Shown here: positions 1 through 12,714 of the stretch, one piece after another
Layout of the letters: each line of letters opens with the position of its first letter
How positions within the stretch are numbered: position 1 is the first letter of the stretch
Assembly: GCF_006345805.1 (NCBI RefSeq)
Contig: NC_043017.1
Span: 7,874,001-7,938,000, forward strand
Reading direction: 5' to 3'
Length of the DNA: 64,000 bases
From: Octopus sinensis
Lineage: Eukaryota
Made by a program: the position numbers and the translations under genes
The notes under the pieces: generated by a model
Databases searched by the model: none
What the model saw: only the letters and a program-made list of their open reading frames with translations
Told to the model about the DNA's origin: nothing

Positions 1-29
1 TGGAACTCATAATTGGATCAGTTGTATAG

Positions 30-290
30 AATTGCTTTTCACATTGTGGGGAATTCTAAAAAAAGTATCATTTATGATAGCGGTCTACAATTTATAAACT
101 GTGAAGTATATTTAGAATAACGATGTATAAAACATTGAAGAATTTCACTTCCAAGAATTACATCCCCAAGCAATTACTCAGTAGAAAAGTTTGGTAGAAC
201 CATTGCAAAGTAATGAAGTCACAAATTCAAAAGACAGACAGTGGAAGGAAGAAACTTGGAAGTCTTCATTGTTTGTTTATCAACAAAAAT
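30..290 (+). mobile_element. Degenerate LTR-retrotransposon (Gypsy-like) integrase core remnant
   Basis: Frameshifted, stop-containing translation SIIYDSGLQFINCE..IKH..HPQA..SVEKFGRTIAK..VEGRN resembles the rve motifs SDNGxQF..IKH..HPQxNxxVERFxRT. Confidence 0.5.
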
Positions 291-2544
291 AACAATTTCT
301 TTGACTATGAAATTGCCTCTTACAGAACTTCTACATTTTGAAATTCCTGTAGCAGGAAAAAACAAAACAAAACAAAGAAAAGAAAAAAGTAATAGATAAT
401 AGAGGTAAAGACAATAGAGCAGAATCTAATATGAAATATTTTCCTGATCAAAATACTAAGTACTTGGATGTTGAGTGGGTGAGTGTGTTCTCTTGAAAAA
501 TTGACAACCAGAAAAATACCAGCCAAATTTTAATTTGATTCAGTTTATAGTGAATAAGAGAAAGGTTAGATTCATTTGATTATGTATCATGTTGATGGGT
601 TAAAAGCATTCATGTGACCATATCTGATATCAAACCTTGGGAAAGTGCAAGAGGCCCTTATAATATATGGATCCTTATTGAAAGCTAGAACTTGAATTTA
701 GCTTCAGGAATGAATCAAGCGATGAGAGTGTTGATGACAGTATCAAAGTGTTGCAAGTCAGCAAACCTGGCCAGTAATCACTTATGCTGTGGTAAAGCTT
801 ACATGGATTTACAAGAATAAACAAAGGTACGCTAACGATCAAATATAGTCCTTAGTGCGAATGCAGTATATAAAACAAATGGGAAAAGAATATAACATTT
901 GTACAGCAGCATTGCATGCTTCACATGATTTACATACTTGGTATATCATGTGACTCAGTCCAATGGTCAGGTGATCAGTGCTATTTAACGTGGTTACCAG
1001 TTTGATGAAAGAAGCTCAGTTATTCAATTGAATAAAGCTTCCGGATGTAAAGAACCTCTTGCAGTCATGGCTGTGTTTGGAGAAACACTTTGCAGTAGGA
1101 CTTACGTTTACAGACCTGAATAAATATATTAAGGACGTGTGTGTGTATGTGTGTGTGTGTGTATTTGTGAGTAATCACACACACAAATCCTTCTCACTTT
1201 ATACTTGACAATCATTCATTTCTTATCTTCACTGTCAACTCCCTCTCTCTCATACTCTTTCTCTTCGTATGTCTGTTCCTCCTCTGACTTCTAGTTTATC
1301 TGTTTTTACTTACTTTTTCTCTTTCTGCTTCTCACTCTCTCTCTCTCTATCTCCTTCAGTCTTGATCTATCCAATTACTATATTGTTCACTATCTGCCTC
1401 TTCCTTCATCTCCTGCAGAAATAAACTCCCAACACCATACTTCAACCTGAAACTAAACCCTCTCTCTGTCTTACTGCAACTTTTTTTTTCAACACTCTTC
1501 ATCCTTAAAATGAAAAATATCCCCATTCTGAATGCAAATAGTAGATGGATCTCTATTAGTTTCCACAATGAGTGTGCCAGTTGCTAGATCAAATGGATTA
1601 TCTGCTCACAAAAGATTGAGTATTCCACAGACATTCCTATACTTAACATAATCTTCAGGTAGAATCAGTGTAATGCTGTGTATGACAAAGCTGGATTGTT
1701 AAATTACAAGTACAATCCATTCAACAGACTTGCACAAAGTTTAAATCTGACCAATTTCACTTTCAAAGCATGGATCAACCCCAGAGAATAGGATTGAACA
1801 TACAACCTTGTGATTGTGAAGCAGACTTCTTACCCACTTGTTAACCACTTGGTCAGGCCGTGGCTATTTTTCTGGATGCACACACACACACACACACCAC
1901 ACACACACACACACACTATTTTATTCTTGTACTAGTTCCAGCCATTGGACTGTATCATTCTGGAGCACTTCTTGAGGACTGTATATACACTACTTTATTT
2001 CATCAACTTCAGTGATGATAAACAAAATCAATCTGGTTGGGATTTGAACATAGAATGTGACACATTAATTGCTGGTAGAGACACTGTATTTTGTTATGCA
2101 ACCATAATATACTACCAAGTGTATTAAAGGCTTTATAAGTCAATACAGTGCCTCACGTGTGTTAGCAGTATTATTAATTTATTTTTTAAAGTTAACTCTA
2201 CAGATATTCTATAGAAGTTAGAGCCAGAATTGATTTGTTATGACGTTACCTATTTTTCTAGCTTCAGTTGCATTGTTTAAATAGACGTATTCATAAATGA
2301 AATGTCTTGACAAATCAGTGTTGGCACTAATTTCTAAAGAACATCTCCAGAGATAACTTTAAATAGAATGTAACAGGACATACCCAAAATTCTACAAAGT
2401 ATCTTCTCCACTTTATCAATTCTGCTATCTACTCATAAGTTGAAAAAATTCAAGAATATTTATAGAAACCCTTTGTTATAAAATATGATACTCAAATTGC
2501 ATTTGAAAGCTATATCTGAGCAGATAGAGAAGTAGATAGACAGA

Positions 2545-2700
2545 TAGCTTTCTGGCCAAGTTCAAATATGTCTCTATTTCAATTCTAGCAGCATTATAAT
2601 GCTAATAGTAGATTTACACTTTTAGTTATGGCAATAGCTGATTGTGTGAAGAATATGTCTTTCCAGCAGGCAGTTATATCATGTCCGATTTCTTCTGCTA
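2545..2700 (+). mobile_element. Possible hAT transposase C-terminal dimerisation-domain remnant
   Basis: Across frameshifts it reads FW..SILAAL..IADC/E..VFPAGSYIMSD, loosely matching FW..LAxLA..SAxxERxFSxAGxI. Very decayed. Confidence 0.25.
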
Positions 2701-3667
2701 TTTCTACTAATGAATCTTTTCTTAACGCAAGACATAATTATAATCTTTATAACATAAACACCATTTGGGTGTTTTTATATATGGGTTTCCTTGTTAATTT
2801 ACTGAACGCTGTTTATGTTGGGTAAATTATAGTTCTGTTATAATTTATTGCTGTAATCATTATGCACAGTATCTGTTGCTTTGTAGTTATTCGCTACCAA
2901 TTTGACTTGTTATTCGAACAGTTTGTGTCTATTTTATTCATCATGTAGTCATAGTCGTTTGCCATTTTCATAATCTGAAGGAACTTTTTTTGCTTTATAA
3001 CCTAATTTTCAGCCCTATCTTTAAGCCCCACTTTAAGTACTGCCTTTATGCTTTTAAGCCTTGTTTTTGATTTCTCTTTCTAGGTTCACACTTCTTGGGC
3101 CCTGCTTTGGAAGCCCCACTTTTAATCTTCAATTATTTACCTTTACAAATAGTTTACTTTTATGGATCTGTTGTTCCTTATTTTTACGGCTAGTCATTAG
3201 ATGTTGGCCTAATCTCTTATAGTAAGAATATAGACTCAAATAAACTCAGATAAACTTGGGCTGATAGAAACGAACAGACAGACATAGACATCTTGATAGA
3301 TAAATATTCAGGTAGATATGTAGATATCTATACTGATATACAAAAAGACATAGTGTAAATTGAGACATATGGACAAATAGATGGATGACAGACACAGAGG
3401 TAAATAGATTAGCTGACTGAGGTATGCCAACAAACACACACACACTGATTCACACAAACAGCACACAGTGGTTAACATGCACATACGGCATACATAAACA
3501 CACACAGACAGTGGCACAGATAGACAACTTGACATATTAACAAACACTAAAAAAGAATACAATTTAAGTGTTAAATTTGTCTATCAGTTTTCATTAAGTT
3601 GTACTATAAATATTATTTTCAGTTATTTCACTTATTTTCACAAAAACATGATTATATATAGTAATAG

Positions 3668-3870
3668 TTGTTGTTGATTAACCCTAGGTCAGACTTGGTC
3701 AAGCTAACTTATGATCAAAAGCATTTTTGCCATGATCATATTGTATTCTTGCATATCTGGGACTATATTATCCACTATATTCTTGATTCAAGATGGTTGG
3801 AGATGATTTAAGAAAAACCTGGTTGCTGTTTCTATCAAGTCCATTGACTCCCTAGAGGCTTTCTTATTGA
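3668..3870. mobile_element. Representative copy of dispersed repeat family D (ttgttgtttagcccca...gatcaaagg...ttggctgctatttctagcagg), probably a SINE
   Basis: Similar ~200-bp copies in both orientations at ~7020, ~7630, ~9300, ~9770, ~11330, ~13415, ~28400, ~48415, ~50160 and ~60240-60835. Confidence 0.65.
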
Positions 3871-3900
3871 TTCAAAATGAATACATTATAGCTATGAGGT

Positions 3901-4013
3901 AGTGGTCAATACAGTATAACCATGGAGTACTGGTTAGTACAATATAACCACAAGGTACTGGTGAATTCAGTATAACCATGAAATACTGGTCATATACATG
4001 ATGACCATGTGGT
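3901..4013. repeat. Degenerate tandem repeat, ~28-bp unit x4
   Basis: Units such as actggttagtacaatataaccacaaggt and actggtgaattcagtataaccatgaaat. Confidence 0.75.
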
Positions 4014-4526
4014 ATTCATTAATGAAAAATTAACTATGCACATGCATGCACCACCACCTGCACCATCAACACCGTCATCATTACAAACATCATCATCCCC
4101 ACTTATGCCACTACCATCACTATCATCACTCTCCAAGATTACATGTTCACAAAGGTGGAGAGCTAGCAGAATCCTTAGCACATTGGGCAAAATGCTTAGC
4201 GACATTTCATCCATCTTTACGTTCTGAGTTCAAATTCTGCTGAGGCCAACTTTACCTTTCATCTTTATGGGGGTTAATAAAATAAGTACCAGTTGAATGC
4301 TGAATTATCTGCTCACAAAAGACTGCGTACTCCACAAACATGTCTACTTTGAATGTAATCCTGACATTATACCAAAATTTGAAACCAATGCTACATTTTG
4401 GCAGATATTTATAATCTTATCCTTATACTTCACATGTATTTGTTGTCATCTTTGTGATGACATAGCTTGTGTCTTCAACTGCTTTTGTGTGTGTGTGTGG
4501 TGTGTACTTAAGATTGTATATACATA

Positions 4527-4910
4527 GGTGTGTCTGTGTGGTAAGAAGCTTGCTTCCCAACCACATGGTTCCAGGTTCAGTCTTACTGCGTGGCACTTTG
4601 GGCAAGTGGTTTCTTCTATAGCCTCAGGCTGATCAAAGCCTTGTGAATGGATTTGGTAGATGGAAACTAAAAGAAGCCCATCGTATATATATATATGTGT
4701 GTGTGTGTGTGTTTGTGTGTCTGTGTTTGTCCTCTCACCATTACTTGACAACTGATGTTGGTGTGTTTACGTCCCCATAGCTGAGCGGTTTGGCAAAAGA
4801 GACCAATAAAATAAGTACCAGGCAAGTCCTGGGGTCAGTTTGTTTGATTAAAGGTAGTACTCTAGCATGGCCACAGTCAAATGACTGAAACAAATAAAAG
4901 AATAAAAGAA
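4527..4910 (+). mobile_element. SINE family A, near full length: tRNA-like head, central (TA)/(TG) microsatellite, tail ccagcatggccacagtcaaatgactgaaac
   Basis: Head gtgtggtaagaagcttgcttcccaaccacatggttccaggttcagtc has A/B-box-like spacing. Related copies occur at ~6580, ~30820, ~38005, ~48725, ~49233, ~51225, ~57500 and ~58987. Confidence 0.8.
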
Positions 4911-7855
4911 TATATGTTTCTATGTGTGCATGTTTCTCTGTAATATGTGTATGGATTTGTGTACATATATGTATATATATATATAAATATATATAAATGT
5001 GAATATGCATTACTATATATGTGTATATACGTGTATCTGCATGCTTACGTCTGTGCATGTGTGCATGTAAATATATATGTGTATATATGTGTATATGCAT
5101 GCATGGCCACGTTTGTGTGAGTGCATGTATTTGTCCTTGTATTTGAGTGTATGCATATGCATATATATCTCATTTAACATATACCAAAAGAGGACTCTAA
5201 TTATATCATCCTTACATCCCTTTCTCTCTTTCAGTTTCTCTCTCTCTCTCTCTCTCTCTCTCACCACTACCACCATCACCACGACTGCACTACAACCTTA
5301 GTCATATTAACATCATTAGTATGCTGTTGCTGTGCTCTTTATCATTTTTCACTTGTAAATCTTTGTAGTTTTCTATTGATTTCAGACACTATTGCTTGGA
5401 ATTATTTTATTCCAGAGTTCAATGAAATTTAAACAATTTTTTGCATTTCATTCCTTTTATTTTTCCTTTTGTTTTTCTAAAATTCTTGATTCTTATTTTT
5501 TTAAATTTAATTTTTAAGAAATTTTTTTTTTTTTAAATAAATTAAAAAATCAGTTTTGGTGTGCATATTAAATAAAAGTATCATTAAAGGGGTTTTTAAA
5601 TTTATTTTTGTTTTGTTTTTGTTGAAAATTATTGCTTCAGTTTGCGGGATCAGAATGAGGGAGAGAAAGAAAGAAGGGGGGGGGGGAAAGAGAGATTTAA
5701 GGTATGTTAGGGGAAATTGATTTACAGTATATATATAAAGAGAGAGAGAGAAATGGTGGTGGTGGTGGTGGTGGTGGTGGTGAAATAAACAGATTTAAGG
5801 TATATGAGATAGAGAGATTTTTGAAACACTCATTAAAATATAAAAAGAAAAAATATAAAATTTGATTATTGCATTTATTTCCCTCTTTGTTTACTTTTCT
5901 AAAGCAAGGTAAAAATCTGTTAATGTACCTTTTGAGTACAGTTTTGCTCATCTACCTTTTGTATGGCTTCTTTTGGCTTTTGGGGATTTAATAGTGATTA
6001 CACTAGGGTAAATGACAAACTGCTTGCAAGTTGTTTTTTGTTTTTGATTCATCTTTATCTTAAGATGCCAGTTTATTGGCCAGTGAATCAACTGATTGTT
6101 GCTGATGTTCCCCCTGTTTTTGGCAAATAAATAAAAAAAGCTGCATAAATAAAAAATTGTTCTAATAATAGGTTCCATGCTGAGGTACACTCTTCACAGC
6201 TGTAAGTAGCAGAGGCATTGCATAATTGATGGGTATGGATGTTGATGTTTATTGCTTTTCTTTTTAATCTTTTAGTCAGGAAGGGAGGGTTAGGGTTAGT
6301 GCTTATGACCTTTTGCAGGGCCTCCATTGGATATGTTTGTATAGAGAGATGAGAAGAGAATCCTGATCTTTCAATGAAAGCCATTCATTGGAGAGAGAAA
6401 ACTGTTTTTCATTCTGTGATGAAGTGTTTTGGTTGATATGTTAGGATATTTGATCCCTCCTATATGGCATCTGAACTTAAGCAAATTTTCTTTCTCTAAA
6501 TAATGCTTTGTTGATTCAGACCATCACCAGTTTCCTTGGACTCTGGTTTGTGTATATTTGAGGTATATTAGTCAAGATTCATAGCCAAATGGTTAAACAG
6601 CTTCTGCGCAATCATAATGTCCTGAGTTCAGTCCCATTGTGTGGCCTTTGGGCAAGTTCCTTTTACTGTAGCCTTGGATTCCCTCAAGCTTAAGGGGTGA
6701 AATTGGGTTGACAGAAACTGTTTGGAATCCCATCATATTTGTAACTTGAAGGTCTTGCTTTGTTACATATGAATTGGCACAGTTGTTAGAGTGTTGGATT
6801 GAATGCCTTGTGGTATTTGTTCTGAATCTCTATGCTCTGAGATCAAATCCTTTTATGATCAACTTTGTATTTCATCCTTTTGGGATCAATAAATGTATTT
6901 GATTACAGGTTTGCTCAGTTGCAGTTGACCTGGGATCAAACAACAAATACTATTACTACGTCTACCACTACAACACTACTAAATAACAGCCAGCATTTTG
7001 AACCGAAAAAGGGTTGCTTAAATGTGGTCACTTAACCTGAAGAAACAACAGCTAAATTCCATCAAATCACACCCCTCCCATCTCAAAATTGTGGCCCTAG
7101 ATATACAAACAAAAATGGGATGGCTACAGCTAGAATGCTTTTGTTGAAACTTCCACTTAAACAGCACTAACCTGGGGCTAAACAACAATAACAGCCAACA
7201 TCTATTACCAATAATGTAATTCAGTGTCACAGAAGGTTTACCAATGTTAATATTCTAGTTTTCATTATTTCTCAGAAATTTCCAAATTAATTTTATAACA
7301 GTTATTCTCTAATTGGATGGAAATTGATTTGGAGGTTTGGAACTCTTAAGTTGCATGTAATTTATACATTTATTATTCCTAATCTACGGCTATTTTGATT
7401 AGATGATTAAAAATCAACAATAATAAATTATATAATAGCAAATTAATTTTAACCAATTTTTTTTACTTTCCGAATTTTCATTATCATCATCATTAGCATT
7501 ACCACCATCATTGTTATCATCTTTGCTACCACTACTGCTGCTGTTGATGCCACCCCCACTACCACCACCGCCACCACCGTCATGACTGATATAAGCTTCA
7601 GTTTAAGAAGATGGCAAAGGAACCTTGACATAGTTGCTGGATCTGCTAGAATTAGCAGCCAAACAACAGGCTATTCAAATCACACTCTGCTGTTTTTTAA
7701 GAAAAGGGAGACATTGGATGATGTAGTCCCACAAATACTGTGACAGTTGAAAAGACAGGATAATCTCAAGTGGAACACCTTCGATCATGGCTCCACTCAC
7801 TCAAGACTGACCTAGAGCTAAACAATGACACCAGGAGCAGCAACTTCATTTTAAC

Positions 7856-8106
7856 CAGTGGTCCTGGTTTTTTGCTTATAGACCTCTTTGATTCCTATTT
7901 TACTCTACTGGACCCCATTACCATTTGATGTTTCTAAAAACCCCATTATATTTTTATAATTAAATATTATTAGGAATTATATAAGAAAAGTTGTTAATAT
8001 ATTTCATGTATTGTTGAAGTATAACCAGTTTATTGCATATAAACTTCAGCAATAAAATCTTATATGAACCCCTAAGGGTCATGTGGGTCCTAGTTGAGAA
8101 CCACTG
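7856..8106. mobile_element. hAT-type MITE with 8-bp TSD ATTTTAAC
   Basis: Termini CAGTGGT...GTTGAGAACCACTG; attttaac at 7848-7855 and at 8107-8114; second copy at 13190-13411. Confidence 0.85.
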
Positions 8107-8494
8107 ATTTTAACATTCAATTACTATTGCTACCACTGTTGGAGAGGTTTGCAGGAGTGGAGGCAGGGAGCTGTGAGGATCAAAAAGGAGGAGACAAACT
8201 GCCATGTTTAATAAAATGAGATTTAAAAAAACAAAAAAAACTCATCCAATATCTACCTAGGTGATGAAAGAATTATTCAACTGCAAACTCTGTTTTGTCT
8301 TCTCATTAATTAAATCATCGGAACAAAACTCTCACTTATGTTTGGGTGAGGGTTGGTTTGGGAATCATTGTTTAGGTCACATATATTTCATATAACACAT
8401 TAATTTTGCAAGCAACCAATTTTTCAGACTATAAACTTCACTTTTTTATATATTGGACAAAATTCTTTTCAATACTTCTTCCAGTTCTTTATAC

Positions 8495-8777
8495 TCTTAG
8501 TTTAAATCCCACTGAGATAAATTTCGTCTTTCCTCTCTCCAGGGTCGATAAAATTAAGTACCAGTCTAGTACTGAGGTTGATGGTATTGACTAACTCCTT
8601 TCCTTCAAAATATTATCACCATTATTATTATGTTCTGTATTCAAATGTTGCCAAAGTTAACTTTACCTTTCATCCTTTCAGGTTGATAAAATAAATTACC
8701 ACTTAAGTATTAGGAGTTGATGTAATCATCATACCTTCTCCTTCAAAATTGTTGGACTTGTGCCAAAATTAAAAAGA

Positions 8778-8825
<48 letters not shown>

Positions 8826-8980
8826 GTTACTTTACGTTCTGAGTTCAGTATCTGCTGGGGTTGACTTTGCCTTTCATCCTTTTGGGGTCAATAAAATAAG
8901 TACCAGTTGAGCACTGGGGTCAGTGTAATTGATTTACTCCCTCCCCAGAACTTGCTGGCTTTGTGCCAAATTTTGAAATC
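8495..8980 (+). mobile_element. Three head-to-tail truncated copies of SINE family C (ttctgagttca...ctttcatcct..ggggtcgataaaataagtaccag) with (ATT)n tails
   Basis: Repeated cores at ~8495, ~8632 and ~8836. Other copies at ~4155, ~6775, ~28810, ~34930 (-), ~35320 (-) and ~62300. Confidence 0.7.
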
Positions 8981-9150
8981 ATCATCATCATCATTATTAT
9001 TATTATTATTGCTATTGCTATTATTATTATTATTATTATTATTATATTATTATTATTATTATTATTTCTTTGACCTTGTAGCTATGTAAGAAATCTTTTA
9101 TCTTATTTTTTTGTGTATATATTTTTTCATTGCTTGTTTTTCTTTTTCAG

Positions 9151-9246
9151 AGATTTGCCTCAGTATGGCCATAAACAATGGCAGTCCTACTTTGGTAGGA
9201 CTTTTGATGTATATACTAAATTATGGAAATTTCAGCAGCAACATAG
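9151..9246 (+). CDS. SCAI: SCAI internal coding exon (96 bp, phase 2-2): (R)DLPQYGHKQWQSYFGRTFDVYTKLWKFQQQH(R)
   Basis: Polypyrimidine tract and acceptor tctttttcag before 9151; donor AG|gtaagc after 9246. The translation matches, from memory, the conserved metazoan SCAI N-terminal segment RDLPQYGxKQWQSYFGRTFDVYTKLWKFQQQHR. Confidence 0.95.
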
Positions 9247-9904
9247 GTAAGCAAAATGTTTCCTTTTAAAATTATTATATATATTATTATTTGTTATTAT
9301 ATCAGGTGCACCTGTGATCAAAATCTAAATGACCATGGATGGCCATTCCTTCTTTTAGGTTTTTCTTGGACTATATTAATGCAATCTTCCCATTTTTAAG
9401 ACTGGAATGTGATTGAGGTAAATTTGACTGATATTTCTAGCAGGTTGAGTGACCACATAAATGCTCACCCATTGGCACGGGTTATAGAGTGTGTGATGTA
9501 GGAGGGCATTGGATTTTATGTCCGACCATATTTAGGTACATCCTTTTATGTCCTGATTTTCAAATCCTGCAGGGTTTGACTTTACTTCCTGTCTCTTGGG
9601 AAATAATAAAATAGATACCAGTAATATATTGATAACTGTGTAGGTGATCTTATACATTCTGTTTTGATAGAATATAACCGATTTTGTTGCCAGAATATAA
9701 AGATAGAGAGAGTCAGCTAAACCAAGTGGATTCCTTTCAATCTTAACACAAGTGAGACTCGATATGATCACTTGATCATCTAGACATAACCACTTTCCAA
9801 ATAATGTTCTGTGGTCTTAAAAGGAAAGAACATATTAAATAATATGGTCCTAGTTACATTGTTTGTAAAATTATAGGTTGGTCATAGCTAGAATACTTTT
9901 TATC

Positions 9905-10283
9905 GTGGAGGCGCAATGGCCCAGTGGTTAGGGCAGCTGACTCGTGGTCGTAGGATCGCGGTTTCGATTCCTAGACCGGGCGTTGTGAGTGTTTATTGAG
10001 CAAAAACACCTAAAGCTCCATGAGGCTCCGGCAGGGATGGTGGTGTTCCCTGCTGTACTCTTTCACCACAACTTTCTCTCACTCTTACTTCCTGTTTCTG
10101 TTGTATTTCAAAAGGCCGGCCTTGTCACTCTCTGTGTCACGCTGAATATCCCCGAGAATTACGCTAAGGGTACACGTGTCTGTGGAGTGCTCAGCCACTT
10201 ACACGTTAATTTCACGAGCAGGCTGTTCCGTTGATCGGATCAACCGGAACCCTCGTTGTCGTAACCGACGGAGTGCTTCCCCC
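9905..10283 (+). mobile_element. Young tRNA-derived SINE with 10-bp TSD ACTTTTTATC
   Basis: A box TGGCCCAGTGG (9917-9927), B box GGTTTCGATTCC (9960-9971), CpG-rich, TSD at 9895-9904 and 10284-10293. It splits an older family D repeat. Confidence 0.9.
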
Positions 10284-12363
10284 ACTTTTTATCATAGATA
10301 TGCTGGATTAAAGCCAACTTAGAGTTAAACAACTGGGTTCCTTATTAAAACAGAAGAAATTATATTTTGAAATCATATTTGTTAAAAAGAACAATATTTA
10401 ACATGAAACATTTCTTGACACATAATATAAACCATGTAGGTTATTTTTGGTACATGAATTTCTTTGGTAAACTTCATGTACTGCTTAGTGAATATTGGTT
10501 CATCTTCTGCAGGAGATGATGGGGCTTTGGCTAGTAACATTATAGTCTTTTATTCAAAAAACAGAGTTGAGGACCAGCTCTATGATAAAAAATTAACAGT
10601 GTAAAAAAAATGTTTTAAAGACTGACCCCTATCCCAGACCATATTAAAGTTAACTTGTTATGTATTATAGTAGATGTATATTAAAATTAGTTCAACAGTG
10701 ATGCTCCCTTGAACATTTTGTAATGTCTAACAGTCAAATCACAAGTGCCAGATGTGATTTAATAGATTAAAATTGAGTTTTCTTCAAGGCTATCCTCCTA
10801 GTCAGACTCACAACTGTGATAAATATATTCTGATTTTTTTTTCAGCTTATGTGTTTAACATTAAATGCCAGCAAACAATGTAAGCACATTATTTGCTTAG
10901 AGCTCAAGTTTACCTGTACCATTTGTATCATGATAAAAACAGCACTGGAAAAATACACAGTGGTGTTCCTTTTCCTTGGTGACTCAAACATATGTTAGTT
11001 TGTTTATTAGAGATTCCAGGCTTACTCAACTGCCTTTGTTCTCCACTCTATTTCTTTATGTGCAGGAGATGTAATTCCCCATTCTGTTCTATAAACAACA
11101 ATTGATCAACAGGGCTGTAATTTGTAGACTTACAATGCTAAATTTAATTCTTCTTTTAGGAAAAGCTTACTGCAATAGTAGTTGAGATTTTTGCCCAAAG
11201 ACAAATCAATCTCTCATTCATTGGATATTTCAGAAACTCAAGTTGTGGACCAATTCCATGGGTCCTCATAGCAGTCTTGGAAAGGATTAGCAGTGCAAAC
11301 ATGAAATCCTAACTGACCAGATGTATTTTTTTTACAGTGAATCCCACCTCTGATACCATTTCAGAGAAAAGAAAGGATACAGTGGATAATGTAGTTAGTT
11401 AAAAAAAAACCTCCTAAAAAGGCAGACTGCCATGGCTGGATTGCATTTGATCATACAGCTGCACAACTCAGACTGATTTGGAGCTAAACAACAACAGCTA
11501 TAATCATTGGTACATGTTTGTATTGTCTGCAGCCAGCCTATTATTTATACATCCATTATCTACTGATTATACACCCATTAGTCAGGTTGCTGTTAATAAG
11601 AAATCATAGCCGATCTATTTACTCTGCAATACATTATCATACTTACATTATTTACTCTGTTTGTGTGACTGAACAAAGAGAACAGATTGGTTGTCCATTT
11701 ACTTATGAGTTCTTTTTGATTATTTCCTCTGGACATTACACAGCTGACCACTCCTGTTGTTATCAGTGAATCACTAGAACAAAACCTGGCTATTACCTCT
11801 ACAACTCCCACTCTTCTTATTCCTCTTTTTACTACTTGTATTGCTGCATTCTGTTGAAACCTATATTTTGCTGATGAGCTCAGAATAAAACTAAAACACA
11901 TTCTATTGTCTGTATACAAATGGAAATATTATTAGTCATTGACTATTGTTATTTATTTATCACTGCATAATTTTTTCAAGTTCACTATTTTGATGCTCCT
12001 TGCATTAAATATGCTAACACCGACTTAACTATCATTTACTGAAGCAAATGTTAATGTAGTGTGGTGGATACAGTGACCTGTTGACCTATCAACAACATGG
12101 CTGAGAAAAAACTTTTCAGGAGCATTCTACATACTAAGTACAGATTATCTAATTGATTCGATAAGCTTAGTTGATCAAAGCTTTTCAACTTACTATGCAA
12201 CATAGGTGAGAACTGACTCTCTCATATTTACTATTGACAATCAGCTGATTAATAGCACCACTATTCCCTCCACTAACTTCACCTACATTAAAGTCTAGTT
12301 TCTTTATATATATGTGTGTGTGTATATATATTATCTAAAGTGTACAATGTTATATATCCATCA

Positions 12364-12458
12364 TGGCTGAGCTCACCAATCGGTTTCGTGCTAGGGGTGC
12401 AATGGAGTGTTAGGTAACAATCTGATTATATAACCCTATGCTCATCAGAGTTAAGCCA
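12364..12458 (-). ncRNA. Decayed type I hammerhead ribozyme motif, probably inactive, in a Penelope/retrozyme-like element
   Basis: Minus strand reads TGGCTTAACT-CTGATGA-GCATAGGG...CCCCTAGCAC-GAA-ACC GATT GGT-G-AGCTCAGCCA. Both catalytic boxes are intact and three helices can be drawn, but N17 is G. Confidence 0.7.
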
Positions 12459-12671
12459 ATATGGGATGAAATATGGCGACTGCTCTCTATTTTTGGCGGT
12501 GGAGGATGCATCCGGTTTGTGGTTGCTGTGAAAAGATGATGAAACAAATCGGGTAGAGGATTTAGTTAGGAGTTATGCCTCTGGGTTGGTTATGACTTAT
12601 TTGTGTGTATACACACACACACACACATGTACATACATAAACACGTACATACATAAACACCCCCCCCCCCC

Positions 12672-12714
<43 letters not shown>

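Noticed and set aside
4009-4243. His-rich and Ser/Pro-rich ORFs (also 55013-55288 and 63218-63406)
   Set aside because: They are degenerate (CAT/CAC)n trinucleotide tracts; the first runs into a SINE head.
9905-9980. tRNA gene
   Set aside because: It has A and B boxes but no convincing cloverleaf or terminator, and it continues into a SINE body bounded by a TSD.
11860-11920. CTGATGAG as a hammerhead core
   Set aside because: No properly placed GAAA and no stem I partner.
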